DNA of 64,000 bases from Alphaproteobacteria bacterium (GTDB taxonomy: Bacteria > Pseudomonadota > Alphaproteobacteria > CALKHQ01), in NCBI GenBank assembly GCA_965227515.1, contig CBDDFZ010000002.1, positions 736,001-800,000 of the forward strand, written 5' to 3'. This document shows positions 9,544 to 19,645 of this stretch, piece by piece (position 1 is the stretch's first letter; the number at the start of each line of letters is the position of its first letter). The notes under the pieces were generated by a model. The model was not told the DNA's origin. It did not search any database and saw nothing but the letters and a program-made list of their open reading frames with translations. The position numbers and the translations under genes were made by a program.

Positions 9544-10335
9544 TCAGGCCATGCCGTCGGCGACCAGGTGCTCGGCAATGGCCAGCACGTCGCGCGAGGC
9601 GTTGGCGCCCGGGTGGCGGGTCAGTATCGGGACTTGGTGACGGATCGCGTCCTTCACCTTGGCATCGGCGCGGACGACGCCGGCCAGCGGCACGCTGAAC
9701 TTCAGGAAGTTCTCGCACGCGCGGTTCAGCGTCTGGTGGGTCCGCTCGCCTTCCGACTTGGAGGGCGCCATGTTGACGACGACGGAGAAGCGCGCCTCGG
9801 GAAAGGCCGCGGCGGTCAGCTTGATGAGCGCATAACCGTCGGTCAGCGAGGTCGGCTCGTCGGTCACCACCACCAGGCAGCGCCGCGCGCCGCCGGCCAA
9901 CAGCTTCACGGCGCGGTCGACGCCGGCGCCAAGGTCGAGCAGCACATCGTCATAGCCGGCCGCGAGGGCGCGCAGGTCGTGGTCGAGCGTCTGCAGGCGC
10001 GCACCGCCCAGGCCGGCCAGCCCCGGCGTGCCGCCGCGCCCGGCAATGATCTCGAACCCGCCGCCCGCGAAATCGAACGCGGCATCGGCCAGGCTGGCAC
10101 GCCCGGCCATCACCGCGCTGAGGTCGGTCGCCGGGGTCAGCCCGAGCTGCACGTCCACGTTGGCCAGCCCCAGGTCGCCGTCGAACAGCAGGACCTTGCG
10201 CCCCATGCCGGCGAGCGCCTGGGACAGGCTGATCGCGAACCACGTCTTGCCGACGCCGCCCTTGCCGGAGGCGATGGCCAGCGTCGGGGCGGGCGCCAGG
10301 GCTTGGGCCAGGCTGGAGGTGCCGGGTTGCGCCAT
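9544..10335 (-). CDS. flhG: MinD/ParA-like flagellar number regulator FlhG/FleN
   Basis: Deviant Walker A SGKGGVGKT, DGDLGLANVD, EPTSLTDGYALIK; follows flhF. Confidence 0.9.
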   Translation of the reverse strand: MAQPGTSSLAQALAPAPTLAIASGKGGVGKTWFAISLSQALAGMGRKVLLFDGDLGLANVDVQLGLTPATDLSAVMAGRASLADAAFDFAGGGFEIIAGRGGTPGLAGLGGARLQTLDHDLRALAAGYDDVLLDLGAGVDRAVKLLAGGARRCLVVVTDEPTSLTDGYALIKLTAAAFPEARFSVVVNMAPSKSEGERTHQTLNRACENFLKFSVPLAGVVRADAKVKDAIRHQVPILTRHPGANASRDVLAIAEHLVADGMA

Positions 10336-10338
10336 GTC

Positions 10339-11409
10339 TCAGAGTCTCCCGTTGCGGCCGCGCGCCTGGCGCCGTTGGTCCGCTGTGTCGTCTTCCTCGC
10401 CGATGGCGAGCAGCAATGTCGCGAGCGCCGCCGCGCCGACCGGGTGCAGGCCGCCGGCGATGTCTGGGCTGACACCGACGCCGCGCAGGGCGAGGGCGGG
10501 CTGGCCCGGCTGCACCGTCGCGGCGCCGAACGCGCTGCCGAGCCGTCGCGCGGTGTCGAGCCGGCTCACGATCAGGTCGGCGGTGCCGATATCCGCGAAC
10601 GCGGCGGCGGTTTCCTCCGCCTCGCCGGCGTCCATGCCGGCGGGCAGCACCAGGACCGGCGTGCCGCTGAGCGCGGTCACGATGGTGTCGATCTGCTCCA
10701 TGTCGGCGGCGCTGAACGGGCTGATGCCGGGCGTGTCGACGATGGTCAGCGCAGCAGCGCCGTCGGCGTCGCGCTGGCGGCGCCGGGCGCGCCATGCCTT
10801 GGCGAGCGCGGTCGGCCCCGCGCCGCTGTCGACGCCGAGCTTCAACGGGGCGGCCAGCGCCTCGAGCTGTGCGACGCCAGCGGGGCGGACCGTATCGGCC
10901 GACATCAGATCGACGCCGACTTTGGCGCCGACGGCATAGGCGGCGAGCTTGGCGGCGGTGGTCGACTTGCCGCTGCCGGGCGGGCCCACCAGCACCAGCG
11001 GCTGGGCGGCGGCGCGATAGGGCAGGGGGCCGAAGCGCACCAGGTCGGAGAGCGCGTCGCTCAGCGTGCCGTGGGCATCGTCGCTGCCATAGTCCGCACG
11101 CCATTGCCGAATGCCCTCGGCCAGCCCATGCGGCAGGCCGGTTCGCGCGATGGCGCGCTCGATGACGTCTTCGCTGGTATCAACGTCGTGGTCCGCGCCG
11201 TTGGCTCCCATGGGGAAGGGCGTGACCGTGTCGTCTTCGATGGCGGCCGGATTGTGGGCCGGCGCCTCCGGGTCGGCGGCCGCGGTGACCTCGATGCCGC
11301 CGTTCGGCTGCTGCCGGCTGCCGACGATGATGGCGTCGACGCCGAGCTCGTCGCGGATCTGCGCCAGCGCGTCCGGCATGCTGCGGGCGGTGTAGGTTTT
11401 CAGGCGCAT
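10339..11409 (-). CDS. flhF: SRP-type GTPase FlhF
   Basis: N-terminus MRLKTYTARSMPDALAQIRDELG, GPPGSGKS, DTPG, SRLD. Confidence 0.9.
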   Translation of the reverse strand: MRLKTYTARSMPDALAQIRDELGVDAIIVGSRQQPNGGIEVTAAADPEAPAHNPAAIEDDTVTPFPMGANGADHDVDTSEDVIERAIARTGLPHGLAEGIRQWRADYGSDDAHGTLSDALSDLVRFGPLPYRAAAQPLVLVGPPGSGKSTTAAKLAAYAVGAKVGVDLMSADTVRPAGVAQLEALAAPLKLGVDSGAGPTALAKAWRARRRQRDADGAAALTIVDTPGISPFSAADMEQIDTIVTALSGTPVLVLPAGMDAGEAEETAAAFADIGTADLIVSRLDTARRLGSAFGAATVQPGQPALALRGVGVSPDIAGGLHPVGAAALATLLLAIGEEDDTADQRRQARGRNGRL

Positions 11410-11435
11410 GCTGGCACGCCGCCAAATTCAATTGC

Positions 11436-11555
11436 GTCGCCCTCGCCCTTGTGGCGAGGGCCTATGGCTGTGCCGACCTCCATCGATGCCGAGCCCCGTC
11501 GGGTTGCATGGGCAATGGGACGACGATGGGTCCTCGCCACAAGGGCGAGGACGAC
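11436..11555. repeat. REPIN-like element, family A, copy 3
   Basis: GTCGCCCTCGCCCTTGTGGCGAGGGCCTAT ... ATGGGTCCTCGCCACAAGGGCGAGGACGAC between flhA and flhF. Confidence 0.85.
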
Positions 11556-11587
11556 AATGGGTATATGTTGGGCGTCGCAGGGCATCA

Positions 11588-13696
11588 TCACACCTGACCG
11601 ACCGTCTTGATGCGCGCCTTGGGGTGGATCTCGTTCTGCGACATCACCACGGTGGTCGGGCGGAACCGCTCGACGATCGAGCGCACATAGGGGCGGATCG
11701 CCGGGCTGGTCAGCAGCACCGGCACCTCGCCGAGCATGGCCTGGTGCTCGAACACCTGGCGCACCTTGGCGATGAACTCCTGCAGCATCGACGGCGCCAT
11801 GGCGAGCTGGCGTTCCTCGCCCTGGCCGACCAGGGCCTCGGCGAACGCCTGTTCCCACTGCGGCGTCATGGTCACGATGGGCAGCACGCCCTGCATGTCG
11901 CAGGCGGCATCGCTGAGCTGGCGGGCGAGCCTGGAGCGCACGTGCTCGGTCAGCAGCACCACGTTGCGGGTCTGCGCCACCACCTCGGAAATGCCTTCCA
12001 GGATGGTCACCAGGTCGCGGATCGAGACCCGCTCGCGCAACAGGTTCTGCAAGATGCGCTGGATGGCGGAGATCGAGATCTGGCTCGGCACCAGGTCGTC
12101 GACCAGCTTCTTGTCGGCGCCGCTCAGCTCGTCGAGCAGCTTCTTGGTCTCCGCGAATGACAACATCTCCGCCATGTTGTCCTTCATCACCTCGGTCAGG
12201 TGGGTGGTGATGACGGTGGCGGCGTCGACCACGGTCAGCCCGCGGAACAGCGCCTCTTCGCGGTGGGCGTCGCCGACCCACTTCGCCGGCAGCCCGAATG
12301 TCGGCTCCTTGGTATCCTCGCCCGGCAGCGGGATCGTCTCGCCGCGCGGGTCCATCACCAGCACCATGTTGGGCCGAAGCTCGCCCTCGCCGGCGTCGAT
12401 TTCCTTGATGCGGATGCAGTACTTGGTGTTCGGAAGCTGCAAATTGTCCTGGATGCGCACCGGCGGCATGATGAAGCCCAACTCGCTGGCCATCTGACGG
12501 CGCAGCGATTTGATCTGGTCGGTCAGGCGCTGGCCGTCGGGCCCATTCACCAGTTGCAGCAGGCCGAAGCCCAGTTCCAGGCGCACCAAGTCCATCTTCA
12601 GCGCGGTGGAGATCGGCTCCTCGGCCGGCGGCTTGGCCTCGACCTCCGCGATGGCCTCCGCCTCGGCTTCCGCCGCGGCGACGGTGCGCCGCTTGTTGAC
12701 GGCGTAGGCGACACCGCCGGTGGTCGCGGCCATCGCCAGGAACGGCAGCATCGGAATGCCGGGCAACAGCGACAGCGACACCATCAGGACCGAGCTCAAG
12801 CCGAGCGCGCGCGGATAGCCGCCGAGCTGGCCGAACAGTACCTTGTCGGTGGTGCCGTCGATGCCGCCCTTCGACACCAGCATGCCGGCGGCGACCGACA
12901 CGATCAGCGACGGGATCTGGGAGACCAGGCCGTCGCCGACGGTCAGCAGGGTATAGGTCTGCGCCGCCTCGTTCAGCGAAAGGTCCTGCTGGGCGGTGCC
13001 GATGATGATGCCGCCGACGATGTTGATCATGGTGATCAGCAGGCCGGCAATGGCATCGCCGCGCACGAACTTCGACGCGCCGTCCATGGCGCCGAAGAAG
13101 TTGCTCTCGTCCTCCAGCGCCTTGCGCCGGTCGCGGGCTTCGGTCTCGTTGATCAGGCCGGCGGACAAGTCGGCGTCGATCGCCATCTGCTTGCCGGGCA
13201 TCGCATCCAGGGTGAAGCGCGCCGACACTTCGGCGATGCGCCCGGAACCCTTGGTGATGACGATGAAGTTGACGATCACCAGGATCGCGAACACCACGAT
13301 GCCGATGATGAAGTTGCCGCCCATCACGAAGCTGCCGAACGCCTCGATGACGTTGCCGGCGGCACCCGGCCCCTCGTGGCCGTTGGCCAGGATCAGGCGG
13401 GTGGAGGCCAGGTTCAGCGACAATCGCAACAGGGTCGCGATCAGCAGCACGGTGGGAAAGGCGGAGAATTCCAGCGGCTTCGAGATGAACAGGCAGGTCA
13501 TCAGGATCAGCACCGCGAACGTAATCGACAGTGCCAGCGCCACGTCCAGCAGCCAGGTCGGCATCGGCAGGATGAGCACGACCAGGATACAGACGAGACC
13601 GAGCGCCAGCGCGATGTCGCCGCGCCGGAGCATGTCGGAGAGTTTGCGCCAGGCGCCGTTCGCCGCGGGCGATTGGGCCGAGGTGGTGTCTGTCAC
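11588..13696 (-). CDS. flhA: Flagellar export gate protein FlhA
   Basis: FHIPEP motifs RIAEVSARFTLDAMPGKQMAIDADL and FFGAMDGASKFVRGDAIAG; 702 aa. Confidence 0.98.
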   Translation of the reverse strand: MTDTTSAQSPAANGAWRKLSDMLRRGDIALALGLVCILVVLILPMPTWLLDVALALSITFAVLILMTCLFISKPLEFSAFPTVLLIATLLRLSLNLASTRLILANGHEGPGAAGNVIEAFGSFVMGGNFIIGIVVFAILVIVNFIVITKGSGRIAEVSARFTLDAMPGKQMAIDADLSAGLINETEARDRRKALEDESNFFGAMDGASKFVRGDAIAGLLITMINIVGGIIIGTAQQDLSLNEAAQTYTLLTVGDGLVSQIPSLIVSVAAGMLVSKGGIDGTTDKVLFGQLGGYPRALGLSSVLMVSLSLLPGIPMLPFLAMAATTGGVAYAVNKRRTVAAAEAEAEAIAEVEAKPPAEEPISTALKMDLVRLELGFGLLQLVNGPDGQRLTDQIKSLRRQMASELGFIMPPVRIQDNLQLPNTKYCIRIKEIDAGEGELRPNMVLVMDPRGETIPLPGEDTKEPTFGLPAKWVGDAHREEALFRGLTVVDAATVITTHLTEVMKDNMAEMLSFAETKKLLDELSGADKKLVDDLVPSQISISAIQRILQNLLRERVSIRDLVTILEGISEVVAQTRNVVLLTEHVRSRLARQLSDAACDMQGVLPIVTMTPQWEQAFAEALVGQGEERQLAMAPSMLQEFIAKVRQVFEHQAMLGEVPVLLTSPAIRPYVRSIVERFRPTTVVMSQNEIHPKARIKTVGQV

Positions 13697-13745
13697 TTAG
13701 GTGAACCTGTCCGTCGGTGTGGCTGCGAGGTGCTAGGCGAAGCGG

Positions 13746-15164
13746 CTAGCCGGCGTAGGTGTCGAGCGGCGCGCGATAGGCGTCCGCGGTCGGCGGCGGC
13801 ACCGCGACACCGTCGTCGGAGTACGCCTTCAGCTTGTTGCGCAGCGTGCGGATCGAGATGCCCAGGATGTTGGCCGCCTGGGTGCGGTTGCCCAGGCAAT
13901 GGGTCAGGGTGTCGATGATCAGGTCGCGCTCGACCGCCGCGACGGTGCGGCCGACCATGGCGCCGCCATTGCCCGATGCGCGGCCCTGGGCCGGTTGTCC
14001 GCCGCCGGCGCTGGGGGCCGAGGCGGCATCCGCCTGCTGCGGTCCGTCGGCCGCGCGCAGGGTGGTGGCGTCGGTCAGGTGAATGGCGGCGGCGTCGATG
14101 GTGTCGCCCTGGGCCAGCAGCACGGCGCGGTGCATGGCGTTTTCGAGCTCGCGCACGTTGCCGCGCCAGTGGTGGCCGCGCAGTCGCATCCGCGCCTCCG
14201 GGTCCAGCGGGCGCAGCGGCACGTCGTTCACCTTGGCGTATTTCTCGGCGAAAAGGTCGGCCAGCAGGTCGATGTCGGCCGGGCGGTCGCGCAGCGGCGG
14301 CAGGTTCAGCGTCATGACGTTGAGGCGGAAATACAGGTCCTCGCGGAACTTGCCCTCGGCGACGTGCTGCTGCAGGTCGCGGTTGGTGGTGGCGATGACC
14401 CGGATGTTGACTTTCACCGGCTCGGTGCCGCCGACGCGGTCGATCTCGCGCTCCTGAATCGCGCGCAGCAGCTTGGCCTGCAGGCGGATATCCATCTCGG
14501 AGATTTCGTCCAGCAGCAGGGTCCCGCCGTCGGCTTCCTCGAACTTGCCGACCCGGCGGGCGACCGCACCGGTGAAGGCGCCCTTCTCGTGACCGAACAA
14601 CTCCGACTCAAGCAGGTTCTCGGGGATCGCGGCGCAGTTGACCGACACGAAGCGCTGGTCGGCCCGGCGCGACTTGCGGTGGATGTGGCGCGCCAGCACC
14701 TCTTTGCCGGTGCCCGACTCGCCAGCGATCAGGATGTTCGCCTCCGACGGCGCGATCTGGTCGGCCAGCCGCACCACGTGCTGCATCGCCGGGTCGCGGA
14801 ACATCAGCTTGTGGCTTTCCTCGGCGATCGCCTCCAGAACCGCGGCGATCAGCTCGGCGTCCGGCGGCAGCGGCACATATTCCTTGGCGCCGGCCTTGAT
14901 CGCCCGCACCGCCGCATCGGTGTCGCTGCCGATGCCGCAGGCGACCACCGGCACGGTGATGCGCTCGGCCGACAGGTGGTCGAGCAGCTCGCGGATATCC
15001 AGCTTCACATCCACCATCAACAGCTCGGCACCGGCCCCGTTGCGCAGGGCGGTCATCGCCGCGGCAACAGTCTGCGTGTGGCTGACCTTGGCGCCGCGTT
15101 CCATGGCGATCTTGCCGGCGGTGGTGATGTAACCCTCCAGCGGGCCGACGATCATGAGGCGCAT
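13746..15164 (-). CDS. flbD: Sigma54-dependent flagellar activator FlbD
   Basis: Receiver-like N-terminus MRLMIVGPLEG; AAA+ motifs GESGTGKE and GAFTGA; Fis-type HTH GNRTQAANILGISIRTLRNKL; lies between fliN and flhA. Confidence 0.93.
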   Translation of the reverse strand: MRLMIVGPLEGYITTAGKIAMERGAKVSHTQTVAAAMTALRNGAGAELLMVDVKLDIRELLDHLSAERITVPVVACGIGSDTDAAVRAIKAGAKEYVPLPPDAELIAAVLEAIAEESHKLMFRDPAMQHVVRLADQIAPSEANILIAGESGTGKEVLARHIHRKSRRADQRFVSVNCAAIPENLLESELFGHEKGAFTGAVARRVGKFEEADGGTLLLDEISEMDIRLQAKLLRAIQEREIDRVGGTEPVKVNIRVIATTNRDLQQHVAEGKFREDLYFRLNVMTLNLPPLRDRPADIDLLADLFAEKYAKVNDVPLRPLDPEARMRLRGHHWRGNVRELENAMHRAVLLAQGDTIDAAAIHLTDATTLRAADGPQQADAASAPSAGGGQPAQGRASGNGGAMVGRTVAAVERDLIIDTLTHCLGNRTQAANILGISIRTLRNKLKAYSDDGVAVPPPTADAYRAPLDTYAG

Positions 15165-15230
15165 CAGTTTCTATTCCTTCCTAACGGAGCGGGGGCGGAG
15201 CGAGGGGGCATGGCAGTTCCGTGGACCGGC

Positions 15231-15605
15231 TCAGTTGCGGTCGGTCTTGATGATTTCCGTCATGGTCACGCCGAGGCGGTCGTCGACGACGACAACCTCG
15301 CCGCGGGCGACCAGGCGGTTGTTGACGAAGATGTCGATGGGCTCGCCGATCTTGCGGTCCAGCTCGACGACGGTGCCGCTGCCGAGGCGCAGCAACTCGC
15401 TGACCTGCATCGCCGACTTGCCCAATACGGCCGAGACCTGGACCGGGATGTCGTAGACGGTCTCCAGGTCCTTGGCGCTGCGCTTGGTGCGGGCATCGTC
15501 GTCGCCGTCGGCATCGTCGCCGGCCTGTGCCGGCAATTGCGCCTCCGGTTCCTGCTCCGCGGTCGCGGCATCCAGTTCGTCGAGTACCAAATCGTCGTCA
15601 GCCAT
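15231..15605 (-). CDS. fliN: Flagellar motor switch protein FliN
   Basis: DLETVYDIPVQVSAVLG...VELDRKIGEPIDIFVNNRLVARGEVVVV (SpoA domain). Confidence 0.95.
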   Translation of the reverse strand: MADDDLVLDELDAATAEQEPEAQLPAQAGDDADGDDDARTKRSAKDLETVYDIPVQVSAVLGKSAMQVSELLRLGSGTVVELDRKIGEPIDIFVNNRLVARGEVVVVDDRLGVTMTEIIKTDRN

Positions 15606-15673
15606 CTGCGTCCATCCTTGGCCCGGTTGTCGGCCTTGTTGTCATCGCGTCGTGCGGCGCGCCTGGCCCGGCC

Positions 15674-16516
15674 TCAGCCGGCCGCCGCCTTGCGCACGTC
15701 GTCCACGGTCAAATTGTCGATCGGCCGGCCATCGGCGGCGGCCGCGTGATCGTCGGTCGCGGTGGGCCCGGCCTCGGCCGATGCCCCGGCCTCGGCCGAT
15801 GCCCCGGCCTCGGCCGATGCATCGGCATCGGTTGCCGGCGCCGGGGGCGTTTCCGGCTGCCGGTCGGCATCCGGTGCCGCCGCGCCGCCGTCATCGCTGC
15901 CGTCATCCGTGCCGTCATCGTCCACGCTGGCGGCAATCAGCGCGTCGATCGCGCTCATGATCTCGGCAGGCGCGCGGACCACGCCGCCGTCGGCCCACTC
16001 GATCGCGCACCCATCCATGGCGATGTGGTCCTCGCCGATGAAGATCAGCTTGCCGTCGTAGGCGCGGCCCTGTGCCAACGCCTCCACCCGGGCCTTCACC
16101 TCGTCCAGGATGGCGCCGTTGCACCGCACGACGATGGCCGGTTCCTGCAGCGCCATGTCCAGGCACTGGTCGGCGACACCGACGATCTCGTCCAGGCCGT
16201 GGCGCGCGGCATGCCGGGGCAGCAGGCGCGCCGCGATGGCGCGGACTACTCTCAGCGAATCGTCCCGGGTCTTGTTCCGCACGTCGTCCATCGCCGCGAA
16301 CATGGCCTGAAGCTGTCCGTCCATGGCGCGCAACTGGTCCTCGATCCGGGCCTCGGTCGCCTGTGACGCCGCCGCCCGCCCGGCGGCCTCGCCTTCGGCG
16401 AACGCGATCTCGCGCGTGGCCACCAGCTCGTCCTGGCTGAAGGTCGGCGGCGCCTCGGCCTCCGACCGGCGGTCGGCCTCGGAGTCGAACGAGGTTTCGA
16501 ACAAGAACTTTTCCAC
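15674..16516 (-). CDS. fliH: Flagellar assembly protein FliH (FlbE-like)
   Basis: KFLFETSF N-terminus, AFAEGEAAG repeat, IEWADGGV; lies between fliG and fliN; acidic C-terminal tail. Confidence 0.85.
   Translation of the reverse strand: MEKFLFETSFDSEADRRSEAEAPPTFSQDELVATREIAFAEGEAAGRAAASQATEARIEDQLRAMDGQLQAMFAAMDDVRNKTRDDSLRVVRAIAARLLPRHAARHGLDEIVGVADQCLDMALQEPAIVVRCNGAILDEVKARVEALAQGRAYDGKLIFIGEDHIAMDGCAIEWADGGVVRAPAEIMSAIDALIAASVDDDGTDDGSDDGGAAAPDADRQPETPPAPATDADASAEAGASAEAGASAEAGPTATDDHAAAADGRPIDNLTVDDVRKAAAG
15767..15820. repeat. 18-bp tandem repeat x3, coding ASAEAG
   Basis: CCCGGCCTCGGCCGATGC x3 within the fliH 3' end. Confidence 0.85.
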
Positions 16517-16558
16517 CGGCTCTGCGTCCTGCGTTCCGTTAGCGTCCAGCCGAACCGA

Positions 16559-17584
16559 TCAGTAAATCAGCTCGTCATCGCCCTTGCCATCGTCGATGGC
16601 GATCTTGCCCTGGCCGGCCAGATCCTTGGCGATGTTGATCATTTCAGACTGCGCCTCGTCGACGTCGCGCAGGCGCACCGGCCCAAGGGCCTCCATCTCT
16701 TCCTTCAGCATCTTGGCCGCGCGCTCCGACATGTTGCTGATGAACAAGTCGCGCAGCGATTCCGATGCGCCTTTCAGGCACATCGCGAGCTTGTCCTTGG
16801 GGAATGCCGCCATCAGCGTTTGTGCCGAGGCGGGGTCCAGATTGCCCAGGTCCTCGAAGGTGAACATCAGCGCCTTGATCTTATCCGCCGCGTCGCGGTT
16901 GCGCTCTTCCAGCGCGGTCAGGAAACGTTGTTCGGCATTGCGGTCAAGATTGTTGAAGATGTCGGCCATCAGTTCGTGGGCATCGCGCTGGTTGGTGCGG
17001 GCCAGATTGCTCATGAATTCCGACTGCATCGTGCGTTCCAAGTCGTCCAGCACCTCCTTCTGCACCGCCTCCATGCGCAGAATGCGCATCACCACTTCCA
17101 TGGCGAAGCCTTCCGGCAGGCTGGTGAGCACGCGGGACGCGTGCTCAGACTTGATCTTCGACAGCACGACGGCAACCGTCTGCGGGTACTCGTTCTTCAG
17201 GTAGTTGGCGAGGACCTGCTCGTTGACGTTGGACAGCTTCTCCCACATCGTCCGGCCGGCCGGTCCGCGGATCTCCTCCATGATCTGCTCGACCCGGTCG
17301 TTCGGCAGCGTCTTCATCAGCAGCCGCTCAGTGCTGGTCAGGCTGCCGACCAGCGAGCCGGTGCTGGTGATCTGGGAGGCGAAATCGCGGAAGAGCTGCT
17401 CGACGATCTCGGCGTTGACGTTGCCGAGCGTGGCCATCTGGTGAGAGACCTGACGGATCTCGTCGTCGTCCAGCATCTCGAACAGCTTCGCCGTGTGCTC
17501 CTCGCCGAGCGAGAGCACCAGGATCGCCGCCTTGGCCGGGCCACTCAGGTCACGATAGCTGGTCACGCTGCGCATTTGAGCCAT
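16559..17584 (-). CDS. fliG: Flagellar motor switch protein FliG
   Basis: [38 protein letters not shown]. Confidence 0.97.
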   Translation of the reverse strand: MAQMRSVTSYRDLSGPAKAAILVLSLGEEHTAKLFEMLDDDEIRQVSHQMATLGNVNAEIVEQLFRDFASQITSTGSLVGSLTSTERLLMKTLPNDRVEQIMEEIRGPAGRTMWEKLSNVNEQVLANYLKNEYPQTVAVVLSKIKSEHASRVLTSLPEGFAMEVVMRILRMEAVQKEVLDDLERTMQSEFMSNLARTNQRDAHELMADIFNNLDRNAEQRFLTALEERNRDAADKIKALMFTFEDLGNLDPASAQTLMAAFPKDKLAMCLKGASESLRDLFISNMSERAAKMLKEEMEALGPVRLRDVDEAQSEMINIAKDLAGQGKIAIDDGKGDDELIY

Positions 17585-17630
17585 CTCCGGTCAGCCCTCG
17601 GATACCGCTATCCGGCAGCTATGCCGAAGT

Positions 17631-19376
17631 TTACTTCTCATCGGCGTAGATCCACTCACGGAGCAGGGCGACCGATTCCTGCGGGTGGCGGTCAATGATC
17701 TCGTTGATCTGCTTGATCGAGGATTGGCGCACTTGGCCATCAATCCGCTCTATATCGATCATACTGTCAGACGCGACTTCTTTTTCGGGGGAACTGGGGA
17801 CGTTTCTGGCGTCGTCTTGGGCCGCGGGCGCGCCGGCGGTCGGCGTCGCAGTCATGGGCGTGCCGTTGGGACTGGCGACCGTCCGCCCGTCGGCCAGTAG
17901 CGCCTGCCCGGCGGCACCGCCGTCGGCCAGGGCGAGCTGGTCGGCGCCCGGGACGCCGACCGGTGCCAGGATCTTGCGCAGGGCCGGGCGGATCACCAGC
18001 AGCAGCGCCAGCAGGGCGACACCGCCGAGGATCGCAATCTCGATCAGCCGCGTAGCGTCGATGCCGAAGCCTTCCAGCAGGCCGACCTCGTCCACCCCGG
18101 CGCCGGCGGCCAGTTCCGCCATTGCCAGCCCGTCGGCGAACTGCAGGTTCTCGATCCGAAGCGAATCGCCGCGCGACTCGTCCAGTCCGACCGCGTTGCG
18201 CACCAACTCGGCGATGGAATTCAGTTCGGCGTCGGATCGCGGCGCATACTCGAAATTCACCACATCGTTGCCGTCGGCATCGGTGGTGACCAGCTCGTTG
18301 TAGGTGCCGTCGATGACCACGGCCACGGTCAGCTTCTCGATGGCGCCGGGCGCGCGGGTCACCTCGGTCTGGACTCGCGACAACTCGTTGCGAATCCGCT
18401 CCTCGGTGGTGACGTCATTGGTATAGCTCTGGGCGCCGTTGCCGCCCTGCGGCTCCGGGTTGGGCAGCTCGCGGACCACGGTCACCGCATCTTCGTTCTG
18501 GCCTTCCGTGCTCTCGCGCTGCCGCTCGATGATCTCGGTCTCGGCGGCCACGACGCGGGCCGGGTCGTAGGTGACGCTCGACTCGGTGACGATGTCGAAA
18601 TTCATCTGGGCGTTGACCTCGGCCTGCACCCGATGCATGCCGACGACCGAGCCGACCATCTCCTCGATCCGGCGCTCAAGCTCCTGCTCGAAATTGCCTT
18701 GCAACTGCGAGGTGGCGTCGGCGGTGTCGGTGCTCTCGCTGAGCAACCGGCCGGACTGGTCGACGATCGAGACCGCCTCGGCGCTTAGACCGACGACGGA
18801 CGCGGCGACAAGGTTCTGGATCGCGCGCACCATCTCGGTATCTATCCGGCGGGCGCTGCGGAAGGAGATCAGGACGGCGGCCGACGGCTCGGCACGGTCG
18901 CTCTCGAACGGGCGGGACTCGGGCAGAACCAGATGGACGCGGGCGTTCGCGACGGTGTCGATGGCGCGAATGGTGCGCGACAGCTCGCCTTCGATGGCGC
19001 GCTGGTGGTTGACGTTCTGCATGTGCGTGGTGGTGCCCAGCGCATCCATGCTGTCGTAAATCTCGTAGCCGATGGAGCCGCTGGAGGGCAGTCCGGACTG
19101 CGCCAGGTCGAGCCGTGCGCGGGCAACCTGGTCGGACGGCACCATGATGGTCGCGCCGTCCCCGCGTATCTCATAGGGCACGCCGCGCGACTCAAGCTCA
19201 CTGACGATCTGGGCGCTGTCACTGGATTCGAGCTGGCTGTAGAGCACCATCATCGACGGTTCGGTCAGCCTGCCCGCGATGATCGCAAACAGGACCAGAA
19301 GGCCGGCCGCCACGGCGCCCAGCGCGATGATGCGGCCGGGGCCCAAGGATTTGATAGTTGCGAGGAGACCGTTCAC
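17631..19376 (-). CDS. fliF: Flagellar M-ring protein FliF
   Basis: Two TM segments, GYEIYD, RAIEGELSRTI, ARVHLVLP, NAVGLDESRGD; GTG start at 19376. Confidence 0.95.
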   Translation of the reverse strand: MNGLLATIKSLGPGRIIALGAVAAGLLVLFAIIAGRLTEPSMMVLYSQLESSDSAQIVSELESRGVPYEIRGDGATIMVPSDQVARARLDLAQSGLPSSGSIGYEIYDSMDALGTTTHMQNVNHQRAIEGELSRTIRAIDTVANARVHLVLPESRPFESDRAEPSAAVLISFRSARRIDTEMVRAIQNLVAASVVGLSAEAVSIVDQSGRLLSESTDTADATSQLQGNFEQELERRIEEMVGSVVGMHRVQAEVNAQMNFDIVTESSVTYDPARVVAAETEIIERQRESTEGQNEDAVTVVRELPNPEPQGGNGAQSYTNDVTTEERIRNELSRVQTEVTRAPGAIEKLTVAVVIDGTYNELVTTDADGNDVVNFEYAPRSDAELNSIAELVRNAVGLDESRGDSLRIENLQFADGLAMAELAAGAGVDEVGLLEGFGIDATRLIEIAILGGVALLALLLVIRPALRKILAPVGVPGADQLALADGGAAGQALLADGRTVASPNGTPMTATPTAGAPAAQDDARNVPSSPEKEVASDSMIDIERIDGQVRQSSIKQINEIIDRHPQESVALLREWIYADEK

Positions 19377-19476
19377 GCTGCCCTTTCCGGCCGGCAACCG
19401 GCGAGCGCACATGGGTGCGCCGCAGCCGACCTGGGGCGGAACCTAGGAGGCGTGTGGTGAACATGACGTTAAGCGC

Positions 19477-19491
19477 CGGCAATAATTGCCC
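19477..19491. promoter_or_regulatory. FlbD-type ftr element in the fliF promoter
   Basis: CGGCAATAATTGCCC, the same dyad seen upstream of fliK and both flagellins. Confidence 0.6.
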
Positions 19492-19531
19492 ACTGCTAGG
19501 CAATATTTATCCAATCATTTTTACCGTGGTC

Positions 19532-19546
19532 TTAAGTATTTGTTAG
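19532..19546. promoter_or_regulatory. Near-consensus CtrA box upstream of fliF
   Basis: TTAAGTATTTGTTAG (TTAA-N7-TTAG). Confidence 0.6.
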
Positions 19547-19645
19547 GGATGCCGCACGGCAACGGGGCGCCATGACTGGCATGCCGCCCCACGCGTAATC
19601 TGGGGATCCGGAATTCGGCGGCCCGTGCTGGGCCGTATTGGCTTG

